A stretch of 64,000 nucleotides of DNA from a virus (Duplodnaviria; Caudoviricetes), in the IMG/VR virus record IMGVR_UViG_2731957577_000001, positions 64,001-128,000 of that record; one strand, given 5' to 3'. The translations under genes were made by a program, and so were the position numbers. Below, one piece after another: positions 36,384 to 45,543 of the stretch. How positions within the stretch are numbered: the first letter of the stretch is position 1; every line of letters begins with the position of its first letter. Under the pieces are notes generated by a model. The model saw nothing but the letters and a program-made list of their open reading frames with translations. It was not told the origin of the DNA and searched no databases.

Positions 36384-36409
36384 ACAAATACCCCTCAAGC
36401 AGAAGTTTT

Positions 36410-36688
36410 TTATCTCCAGGGGAGCGCGCCTGAAAGCAAGACGCTTGTCTCCACCTGTCCATCCCATTCTTTCGGGATCGTGACTTGGCCAGACTTCACA
36501 TCCACGATGATCGGATACTGATTGTCGGTGGAGTATGCAAATGTGCGAAGCCGACCTGTCTGCGGATCGTACTCCATCGAGGCCAACATCATGCCATCGA
36601 CCATGATCGCCACACCCGGACAAGGATCATCTGGGTATCTCATGACTTCAATCGTCCCAAGCGGAGTCTTCACCGGCTCCAACATCAT
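36410..36688 (-). CDS. Hypothetical protein
   Basis: GGGAGG RBS. Confidence 0.5.
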   Translation of the reverse strand: MMLEPVKTPLGTIEVMRYPDDPCPGVAIMVDGMMLASMEYDPQTGRLRTFAYSTDNQYPIIVDVKSGQVTIPKEWDGQVETSVLLSGALPWR

Positions 36689-36700
36689 CCCTCCCATCCG

Positions 36701-37570
36701 TCAGCTCAAGATCAGCTCAAGCTGGCCTTGGGCTACTTTACGACTGTTGTCCGCAATCTTCATCGGAGGGTCATATGGATCGAACCCACCGAGGCCATCC
36801 GGCATCAAGGCGTACCAGGGCGCATACCAGAACATCTGGATCTTGCAAAGTTTGACCGCGACCAGATTCATGTCCACCGCATAGGCCCGAAGGATGTAAT
36901 TACTCTGCGGAAGAAGCATGGCACCGCACCCTACACTTGGTTCACAGGTAGTCTTTCTCTTGAGTGCCTCCGGGTCTTCCCCGCCCACCAACATCTTTGT
37001 CATCATCACGCACAGATGAAATGGAGTGGGAAAGTACCCGAGGGCGCCCCGGTATCCCCGACCCATTTCGTCACACAAGATTTGACTCATGTAGTCGGTC
37101 GGGTTATCCAGAACCAGAAACAGATCAAACATCCGGTAGTAATGCTCATTCAGTTCAGATGAGATGTCCGGCGGAGAGTTTCTGGCACCAAAACCCCAAA
37201 GCAACCAATCTGCAAACTTCTCAATATTGGACTCCCATCGATAATCCTCTAAGCACTTGGTAAGCATCTTATGGGTGGCGGCCACGCCCGAACTCCCTCG
37301 ATCTGCCCACTGGATTTGAGGAATCGGGCCGCTATCCGCAATCGTGCCTTTGGCTACGATGTCGAGCCACCAATTCCACCGACCCCAGAGCAGCTGGTCA
37401 TACGCAAGCAGGAATGGGAGCAACCAACCCTTCTTCTCGAAGACCTCGTTGGCGTTTTTCGGCGCGCCACCCATTGCGCTGGCACATTCGAAGAACGTGC
37501 TGTGCATCTCCAAGAGCTTTTCAGGATCGAATCGCTCAACGCGGTATAAGCTCGTTGATTTCTTCTTCAT
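36701..37570 (-). CDS. N6-adenine methylase (HsdM)-like protein, SAM-binding part only
   Basis: 'GYFPTP', 'EPSVGCGAML', 'AVD'; no NPPF motif. Confidence 0.6.
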   Translation of the reverse strand: MKKKSTSLYRVERFDPEKLLEMHSTFFECASAMGGAPKNANEVFEKKGWLLPFLLAYDQLLWGRWNWWLDIVAKGTIADSGPIPQIQWADRGSSGVAATHKMLTKCLEDYRWESNIEKFADWLLWGFGARNSPPDISSELNEHYYRMFDLFLVLDNPTDYMSQILCDEMGRGYRGALGYFPTPFHLCVMMTKMLVGGEDPEALKRKTTCEPSVGCGAMLLPQSNYILRAYAVDMNLVAVKLCKIQMFWYAPWYALMPDGLGGFDPYDPPMKIADNSRKVAQGQLELILS

Positions 37571-38006
37571 CGTCTTCGTCCTCACCACAATGCACAATGA
37601 ACGAGTCAGGGACATACTCTCCATCGGGAAGCGCGCTCCACTTATACGCCTTCAGAACGGCTTCCTCCAGGCATTCAGCCTCAACCTTAACAACCCCGGA
37701 CATCGTCCAGCTTACAGGCAATCGATATGTCTTAGTGGTCCGATTCCCACGAAAGACCAGGCTCGGAGCGTCCTCTGAACTGCCGGGACGTTCCTCGAAG
37801 TCGGCTTCATTGAAGCTGTAGACTTGAGTGCCGATCCCATCATCCAAGATTTCAAATACGCGCGCGTCGTCCGTCTCGGGATCAAAATCTTTCCAAACCA
37901 CTTGAGCCAATGAGAGTCTTGCTTCCTCAAGGGTCGGCTTGGACCACAAATCCTCCACAATTCCACCGTTGGACACGATGCACACATACCTGGAAACAAT
38001 GTTCAT
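37536..38006 (-). CDS. Acidic hypothetical protein
   Basis: AAAGGAG RBS before MNIVSRYV. Confidence 0.55.
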   Translation of the reverse strand: MNIVSRYVCIVSNGGIVEDLWSKPTLEEARLSLAQVVWKDFDPETDDARVFEILDDGIGTQVYSFNEADFEERPGSSEDAPSLVFRGNRTTKTYRLPVSWTMSGVVKVEAECLEEAVLKAYKWSALPDGEYVPDSFIVHCGEDEDDEEEINELIPR

Positions 38007-38120
38007 CGATAAACTCCTTTCCAATAGATCGGATTGGCCAACAGATTCTGTAGGCATGTCGTAAATCCCGTGAAAATAAGTAGCTTTGGAAGAAAATCCA
38101 GTTCATCGAGGTCATACCAA

Positions 38121-38402
38121 TCAAGAACCATCGGAAATACTCCTCTCCCCTCCGTCGATGCGGCGTTTGAGCCAAGAAAACGTGATTTTGAGGCGGCGGA
38201 ACACAAACGCAATCCCTTGAGTGGCCTCACCCCGATGATGAATGATCCCAAACCAATGGATGGCTCGGCCGGTATTGGTACGCCAAGAGTCGCCCTTGTG
38301 TTTCGCCCACGCCACGTATACCCCGTATCCCGCGAAGGCCAATCCACGCGCGGAGTAATCAGGGTCATCATGACGAATCCGAATCAACCATCTCACCACC
38401 AA
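38121..38402 (-). CDS. Hypothetical basic protein
   Basis: Operon-fitted ORF. Confidence 0.4.
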   Translation of the reverse strand: MVVRWLIRIRHDDPDYSARGLAFAGYGVYVAWAKHKGDSWRTNTGRAIHWFGIIHHRGEATQGIAFVFRRLKITFSWLKRRIDGGERSISDGS

Positions 38403-38413
38403 ACCGCCGGCGC

Positions 38414-41400
38414 TCAGAAGAGCGCCAGCTCGTATTGGCCTTCGGCGACAAGCTCTTTCTTGCGCTTGCCCTTGTTGTAAGACGCTGCGTCTTGCACCAG
38501 CGTGAACATCTCCTCGACATGGGCCAGATAATCGGCCAAGTCGAGGGCAGATATCCGGCCGGCGGCCACATCCTCTTGCATCTGCTTGACGATGCCTTGC
38601 TGGATGCGACGGACTTCCTCGATACCCAGCGGGTTCATATCGTACCCGTCATAGCCTTCAAACGTCGCATTCTGCAGCTCCTCATACGTCGCATTGATTC
38701 GCTGCCAGCGGCTCTCGATGGAACTGACATCATCCAGCGTGCCTTCGTTGACGAGTTTCTTGGCCAACGCGGTGATGCCCTCACCACTATCCGCCATCGC
38801 CCGCAAGCCTTCCTCAGAGAACTTGCCTTGCAGCGCCAATGCGGCGTCAATCTTGCGAGCAATGTGTTCCAAAACATTGGCCTGGATAGTATCTCGATAA
38901 ACCATCGTGTAGACCTCGACCGGTTGCGTCTGCTTGATCCGCCAGGAGCGGCGGCTGGACTGCATGTAGTTATAGGTGGAGTAATCCATCTGGTAGTAGA
39001 TGATGGTCGGGAACATGAGCAAGTCGAGACCCACGGACACCAGGCGCGGGTTGGTAATCAGAACATCCCAATCATGCTTCTCCATCATCTCATGCAGCCA
39101 GGCTTCCCGGTCCTCTTGCTTCGGCATCTGGATACCGTCATAGACACCAGAGGCCTTTAGGATCCCGACATTGTATCCATCCGCCTTGAGTTTCTCGTAC
39201 AGGTACGTGTCGACGCCATTGGATCCTGTGAACCGGCAATACACCAACACCTTTCGACCGCGACGGTGAATCTCATCGTCGAGCTTCAAGGTCAACTCAT
39301 GGTACTTGGTCGGAATAAACGTGGACGGATCGAAGTTCGTAGGCACCGTGATCACATGCGTGAGTCCTTCATTATCCTCATACGTGATGGGACCCCAATT
39401 CCACGGTGTATCCGAGTATTGATACAACGTGTTGATGTACGTCGACACATGCCGCATGCCACCGGTCAGGAACAGACTCTGACGCATGATGCTACCGATC
39501 TCGTCTTCCACTTGCTTGTAAGCGGCGAAATGCCTTTCATCCATCTCGACGAAGATGGGCTCTTCTCGATACGGCGGCAAGGCATATCCGAGGTCGGCCA
39601 GTTCCACAAAGGCACAGTTGCTAATCAAGTATCGGGAGAACACATGCGGTGAGACACCCGCACGCTCCCTCATGCCGGACTTCTTTCGGTTCGACAACGG
39701 TCTCCCGTTCCCCAGGTGCTGTTTGTACGAGTGTTCATAGACCCCGTACCGCTCGATGAACAGGGACAAGTCGTTGTAGCTGATGCTCTCCCGAAGCAAA
39801 CGCTTAGGATCCAGACGCGCCAAAAGGTAGAAGATGTCGGACGCCATGCCACCGAGCAACGTCCCGGTCAGCAGGATCTGCTTCTCGGTATGATTGATCA
39901 GCTGGCCAAACGCCTTGGCGCGGTCGGTCTCGCCGCTCTTGTATTCATGAACTTCGTCGGCGATGAGATACTTGAAGAACCCGCGCCGAAGACGCTTATT
40001 GATCATCCATGCCGGAGACACCTTCCGATTCAGGGAGTCTTTCTTGAGGAGCGCAGGCCGCCACAAGACAAACCCACATTCCTGCTCATGTTTCGACGGA
40101 TCCTTGACCATGTGCTTAGGTAAGTCCGCCGTGCGAACCCGATTGCGGCACACATAGTTCTCGGCCTTCATCGTGTTCATCCACTTGCCGTTGCGCTTGG
40201 TTTGGAAGAAGTGCTCATCGGCCGGCTCCTTCTTCCGAGCCATGAGCAGGCCGCCACACTGCGGGCAATGAAACCCGGTATCGGTCGTCACGACGGTCTC
40301 TTCTTCCCGACCGGTATTGATGTTGAAATACGGTTCTCTCCGGAACCGAATCCGAGCCTTTTCCCCATTGGCTTTCCGTTCCTTGGCGTCCGCCGCGTTA
40401 TACCGCCAATCTTGAATCGGCTCCATCGGATACGTCGCCTTTGCCACATCGGAGGACATGACCCAATACTCAATCTCACTGGGCCGATAGGGCATCTTCT
40501 CCATCTTCAAGACGTTTCGCCATGAGGTGATTTCATATACCTTGGCGCCAGGGACACGCTCTTTGATCTCCCGCTTCCACTTCTCGACCATAATACCGGG
40601 AACGAACACCAGCGCCCGGTACGGATCCACCTTGCCCTTTGACATATGCTCGGTGATATAGGGAATGACCGCACCCATCGCGGTCTTGCCTGTCAGTTGT
40701 GTTACCGTATGGGCTTTTTATCCCATACTTCTAACGGTTCATATTCCCGTTAGCTCAGCATACCTTTTCACCCTCGACTCAACGTTAGGGTGGCGCGGCC
40801 TCGTGGGAGCATTATTCCTGTTACCGGTCAGCTCCTATGCGTTGCCCCTGACTGGGATTTGCCCAGCCTTCGGTTCGGGTCAGCATCTCAGCCTTCCCGC
40901 TTAATTCCGCGCTATTGCCCACTACATTTCTGCAGTGGCGGGCATCATCTACCCATCTCGCCCACGACGAAGCAATACTTCTCGTCCTTGAGCGTCTTGG
41001 CAACCCCCATCACCACGTCGGCCTGTGGCGGAAAGAGACCCGTGACCCCATTCTTGTTGGCGTGCAGGTTCACGTCATAGAACGCCGGCGAGTGTTTCTC
41101 CTTGGTCGGATCAAATCGAATCTGGCTATTCTCCTGAATCCGATCGCCCAGCGCGCTGGCAAAGTGGCTCAGGTACGTATCGAGAGAGTCGCAATCCTTG
41201 AGAACCGACTGTTCATCAGTCCGGCCATCATCAAGAAGTGCAAAGTCCAGATCCAGAGACTGAATCCCCTCGGTGATGATGTTCTCCAAGTCGCGTTCCG
41301 TAATCTGAAGCAGACCGGCCTTGAGCGGATACTCATTGCCATAGCAATGAACCGTCAGCTTTCGGAAGTAGCCGAGGTCGATGCACTGTTGAACAATGTA

Positions 41401-41925
41401 ATCCGCCCACTCTTCCAGCATGGGGGTGTTGTAACGATCATTGAGGATGCGGAAGATCTGCTTCTCAATATCCCCATCCCACGCCAGAATGAGTTCTTCG
41501 GGTGGCCGGCGCGGTTCAAGACCCTGTGCCAATCGCTCATCCTCTTCTCGCTGCCAATCCTGTCGAGCCTTAATGTTCGGCTTGGCACACTTGGCAACGA
41601 CCAACATGTGGGTCAAATCCTCGACCCGAGTTTCAAACACGTCAAACGCATTGCGGTCGGGCATGACGACATCGAAGCAGGTATGGCCCTTTTCGTAGGA
41701 ATTGCCTTCCGCGCGCCGAATTTGGCCGGTCTTAAAGTCGTTCATGAATTCGACGACTTGATGCACCTTGCTGTCGGCACCAATCACGTTGGCTAGATAC
41801 ACAGTGCGATGACGCCGCTGATAATCTACCACGAGCAGATCAATATACGCCTGCGCGCGCTGGTGCCGAGCATACATTTCGAGCAAATAGATCTCGTTGC
41901 TCTGAAAATCCGCCACTTTGAACAC
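38414..41925 (-). CDS. SF2/SNF2-like helicase, two exons (41925-40951 and 40693-38414), 1084 aa when spliced
   Basis: Splicing restores Walker A GEMG|TGKT; 'DEVH', 'LTGT', 'GLDL', 'QSSRRSWRIKQ'. Confidence 0.88.
40694..40950 (-). mobile_element. Group I self-splicing intron without ORF (257 nt)
   Basis: Follows exon U, ends in G; P1 GGGU/GCCC with U.G pair; core-like segments AATTAAGCGGGAA, CCGAACCGAAG, GCAACGCATAG, AAGGTATGCTGAG (P7 GCATA/TATGC); removal restores frame and motif. Confidence 0.88.
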
Positions 41926-41928
41926 CTC

Positions 41929-43179
41929 TTACATGAGTTTGTGAAATTGCCCGTGACGATCTAAGAACTTCACACCGATGTGGTAATACTCTCGTTCCTT
42001 GATGCGCGTTACACCTTCTTCATCTTCTTCCGTCGTCTCTTGCGACATCTTGACGACGCTCCCCTTGACCAGATGCTGGTCGGGGCCCGTTCCGATGTAT
42101 CCATTCAGATACCCAGACGCCAACATCAAGGCAACGTGACCTTTATGAAGCTGTGTTGGTGGTTTGGGAACCTCGTTATCCAGAACCTGCGAGTACGTCT
42201 GCTGATACGAAGAAACCAGGCTCGACCTGCGGATGAACGACAGCGCTTCTTCCGCGGTTACCGGACCAACTCGAAAGTGCAAAACGTCTTCTTGTCGTTT
42301 CGAAGGAACCTGATACAGCGGTTGCGCTTGAATCGAGATCACCGGAATTTCTTTGTAGGGACGATACTTATACTGCATCAGCTCATACGCATACTCGGGA
42401 TCCCGAATCGCCTTGGGCCGCTTCCGCGCAAAGATAATGCACTTTCTCTGTTCCTCATACTCTGCGTCATCTTGCCGATAGACCCGGATATCGTCGTACT
42501 GATTGGCCAGCTTGAAGCAAATCTGGCTGTCGATGAACTCCTTGGGCGTGACGAAGATGAGGATGCCATTCGGGGCCAGCTTATCCGAAACCAGATTCAG
42601 CAAGAACTTGTCCCAACGGTAGGTCACCATCCGGCGTTCTTGCTCCCGCTGCATCCGGCGGAAGGCAATTTCCCGTTCCTCGATGGTCTTTCTCACCTTG
42701 GCCTCAAACTTCTCCCGACGCTTTTGGATCTCTTCTTCGGTCAACCCCTCGTCACCAAAGTCAATGACGTCCTCATCTTGTGCCTCTTGTGCTTCCAGCA
42801 GCCGGCGGACTTCCGCTTCAAAGTCTGGAATCGTGAAGGGGTCATAGTCCCGGAAGATCTCATCAATCAATCGGCTGTCCACATCCGGGTTCATGACCAC
42901 CAGCGAGAAGGCTTCCGGCGTCACCTTGGACTCATTTTTATACGAGGACGTGCAGACCTTCGTGAACCTTTCCCGCGCGCGATTGGCTTGCCATTGATTT
43001 TCCGTGACCCCATACCGATAGGTCTCCGGGTGCATCCTTGTAATCTCATACAGCACTTCCCCATCGCCGCACCGATAATCCAGAGCGGTGACGGCCTGGC
43101 CCTCTGGGAACTTCAAATACGTGCGAATCACTTGGCACGTAAACTTGCTCAGTGGCTCATTCATCCACCGTGCGTACAT
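41929..43179 (-). CDS. Class I SAM-methyltransferase-like protein (DUF6094-like), degenerate
   Basis: 'LDYRCGDG', 'YGVT', 'FSLVVMNPD', 'L.PNGILIFV.P', 'L..GH..L.LASG..NG'. Confidence 0.65.
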   Translation of the reverse strand: MYARWMNEPLSKFTCQVIRTYLKFPEGQAVTALDYRCGDGEVLYEITRMHPETYRYGVTENQWQANRARERFTKVCTSSYKNESKVTPEAFSLVVMNPDVDSRLIDEIFRDYDPFTIPDFEAEVRRLLEAQEAQDEDVIDFGDEGLTEEEIQKRREKFEAKVRKTIEEREIAFRRMQREQERRMVTYRWDKFLLNLVSDKLAPNGILIFVTPKEFIDSQICFKLANQYDDIRVYRQDDAEYEEQRKCIIFARKRPKAIRDPEYAYELMQYKYRPYKEIPVISIQAQPLYQVPSKRQEDVLHFRVGPVTAEEALSFIRRSSLVSSYQQTYSQVLDNEVPKPPTQLHKGHVALMLASGYLNGYIGTGPDQHLVKGSVVKMSQETTEEDEEGVTRIKEREYYHIGVKFLDRHGQFHKLM

Positions 43180-43193
43180 GGCCTCTCTCCTCC

Positions 43194-43688
43194 TCAGATC
43201 GTTTCATCCAAACTGTAAACGTCAAAATCAATGAAATCCTCGTCATCCAACGAGAAAGGATTGCGAACCCGGCGTGTGGACCTTGAGTCTGCATAGTCGA
43301 TACATGCCGTTAAGTCATGAATGACGGCATCGATCAACTCAATGGGGATCCCTCGCTGTAAATACCCAACCGTGCTTCCAACTTGCCGACCATGATGGGC
43401 TGTCTTATCGCGGAAGATCCCACCCTCTGCGAATGTGGTCTCAATGATGGCAAAGGGAACGGGGGATTCGAGTTCGAAGGTGTGATCATCGGTCGCTTTG
43501 AATCGAACCATCACACGATACCATTTGTCCTTGACCTGGAATCGCTTCGAAAACACCTTGACCTTGGCGGTGAAGCGATCCAACAGCCACCCTCTTGCTT
43601 CTGAGGTCATGACGTCAAACGTATCCGGGTGGATGCCGCTCATGCGAATCGGAGTGACATTGTACATGTAAGCCTGAATCAATTCCAT
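43194..43688 (-). CDS. Hypothetical protein, MEL[IL]xxY family
   Basis: Starts MELIQAYM; AAGGTG RBS; TGGTATAAT promoter upstream. Confidence 0.7.
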   Translation of the reverse strand: MELIQAYMYNVTPIRMSGIHPDTFDVMTSEARGWLLDRFTAKVKVFSKRFQVKDKWYRVMVRFKATDDHTFELESPVPFAIIETTFAEGGIFRDKTAHHGRQVGSTVGYLQRGIPIELIDAVIHDLTACIDYADSRSTRRVRNPFSLDDEDFIDFDVYSLDETI

Positions 43689-43783
43689 GTTTGATGTTCA
43701 CCTTCTTTAACTGACGCGGGTATTATACCATAGTTTATGAAAATAGGGCACTACTTGTGTAGTGCCCTTCATGATTCTCGATC

Positions 43784-44323
43784 TTACTTCAATTTGCTTT
43801 GCAAATACTCACGAAGCGCCTGTGTCGATGGGAATCCAATCGGCTCCAGGCCCATATCGTACTTTACAACGTCGAGGATAATTTCGATGAGTGTGCTTTG
43901 TGTAATCGCGCAGCCGCCATTGAACTGATTCTCTTCGGAAAAATCGCTCGTCCACTTGTAGATCTCCCGGTTGTAGATACCTACCTGTTTCATGACCGGT
44001 TTGTTCGGGCTGTAGAGCTTCGGATCGAGCCCTGGACGATATACATGTCGAGCTTTCCTTGGGACCTCTGGATATTCGGTGTCCGTTTTGGAATCCGGCG
44101 GTGCAGATGGTGATGGAGCAGAAGGTTCTTCTTGGATCGATTTTTGCCGGGTCACGGCAACTTCATCCACAGTTCGAACCGAGGTAGGAGCAGAGGCCGG
44201 CGCGCGACGAACCATCGAAGCCATCGAGAAGGAAGGCTCTTCCCATTCGTCTTCCTGTGCGGCTTGACGGTGCTTACTTTCGCTGGCCAGCCTCTTGAGT
44301 CGGCTCATTGTATCTTCTGCCAT
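43784..44323 (-). CDS. Hypothetical protein, disordered N-terminus with possible ribbon-helix-helix C-terminus
   Basis: Own promoter TTGCCA-17bp-TATAAT (44394-44366) and downstream hairpin. Confidence 0.55.
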   Translation of the reverse strand: MAEDTMSRLKRLASESKHRQAAQEDEWEEPSFSMASMVRRAPASAPTSVRTVDEVAVTRQKSIQEEPSAPSPSAPPDSKTDTEYPEVPRKARHVYRPGLDPKLYSPNKPVMKQVGIYNREIYKWTSDFSEENQFNGGCAITQSTLIEIILDVVKYDMGLEPIGFPSTQALREYLQSKLK

Positions 44324-44402
44324 GAAACTCTCTTCCCTTCTCAAGACCTCCACATTTCAAGTCCCATTATAGGAAAGAGAGAATTTCTTGGCAAATATTT
44401 TG

Positions 44403-44666
44403 TTAGGATTTTTGCACCACTTTCGGTTCCTTCTCTTCAATCGAATTCACAAGTTCCTGTACTGCATTGTAGATGTGCTCATCACCCCAATATTGCTCGG
44501 CTTCAATCACATAGATCTCACCAGTTTTAGAATCCGTAACCAAAACTCGAAGTGGCGACCCAATATTAGGGGAATCCCAATAGGAGATCAGCTTGGTATT
44601 TTGATCAAAGTCCACAGACTGATACGCCTCAGATACTACATCCACAGAGTATCGATCCCTAAACAC
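44403..44666 (-). CDS. Hypothetical protein
   Basis: GGGGAG RBS. Confidence 0.55.
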   Translation of the reverse strand: MFRDRYSVDVVSEAYQSVDFDQNTKLISYWDSPNIGSPLRVLVTDSKTGEIYVIEAEQYWGDEHIYNAVQELVNSIEEKEPKVVQKS

Positions 44667-44685
44667 GGCAATCTCCCCTTCTTCC

Positions 44686-45336
44686 TTACGCGGCTTTCAC
44701 AATCTCATAGACACGACGCAATTCTTCATCGGTCAGTTCGTTAAAGAACTGGAATGGCTTTACTGCCTTCATACACTCATGGTGCAACAGGTTAATGTCC
44801 ACTCCACGCATCGACAGGTCCATGAGCATCGCATTGATCTCGTTTTCGAGACGTACACGCTCCGGATTTGGCGTCTGCGGCTGGTTGACACCCATCTCAT
44901 CCAGTTCATCACTGCAAATATGATCCGGATCATCGCCCGTTGGAATGGCAAATGCCTGCCGTTGCATGTACTTGTACGCCATCGTCATGGCTTTCGCGAT
45001 GCCCTTATCCTGTGAATCCGAACCCTGACCACCAACATTGATAACCTCGTATTCTCCAGTCTGCACGTCGATGATCTTGTACTTCATGTTCACGGTGGTG
45101 ACCTGGTTGTTGATCTGAAAGTCCATATTCACAGGGAGGATGATCAGGCCAAGATCCAGCAGATGCCGCCGGATTTCTTGGGTCATCTTCTCCTCAGATA
45201 GGTAGCTGTACCGAGTGGATTTGAAGCTGATAAATCCGTCCTTCTTGAGATACTTGACACGACGCATAACCTCAGAGATTTTCTGATACAGATTCAACGT
45301 CTTCTCAGCTTGCGGATCCACCTGATTCTGTTCCAC
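44686..45336 (-). CDS. ERF-family single-strand annealing protein
   Basis: 'L.QKI..V......KDG', 'Y.Y', 'G.DS.DKG..KAMT.A.KY.....F.IPTGDDPD'. Confidence 0.85.
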   Translation of the reverse strand: MEQNQVDPQAEKTLNLYQKISEVMRRVKYLKKDGFISFKSTRYSYLSEEKMTQEIRRHLLDLGLIILPVNMDFQINNQVTTVNMKYKIIDVQTGEYEVINVGGQGSDSQDKGIAKAMTMAYKYMQRQAFAIPTGDDPDHICSDELDEMGVNQPQTPNPERVRLENEINAMLMDLSMRGVDINLLHHECMKAVKPFQFFNELTDEELRRVYEIVKAA

Positions 45337-45543
45337 TGTCCTCGACCTCCAACAGTTGATTGGGATGCATGGAAGTATGCGGACGGAATACCGCGACCTG
45401 ATCCAAAGACTGAAGTTCACGTTTGAGCCGCCGGAGCAACTCAATCACCTCCGGCTTGGTCAGATCACGCTGTGCCTGATGCCTCCCCTGGTTGTCAGTC
45501 CACACGACCGTCCACATGGATGAAATCACCTCATGGTCTCGTT

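Noticed and set aside
37983-38006. MNIVSRYV as a ninth tag member
   Set aside because: Has Tyr7 and the hydrophobic pattern but lacks E-L; too weak to count
38414-41925. Pseudogene or frameshift interpretation of the split helicase
   Set aside because: The gap has group I intron hallmarks and precise removal restores Walker A
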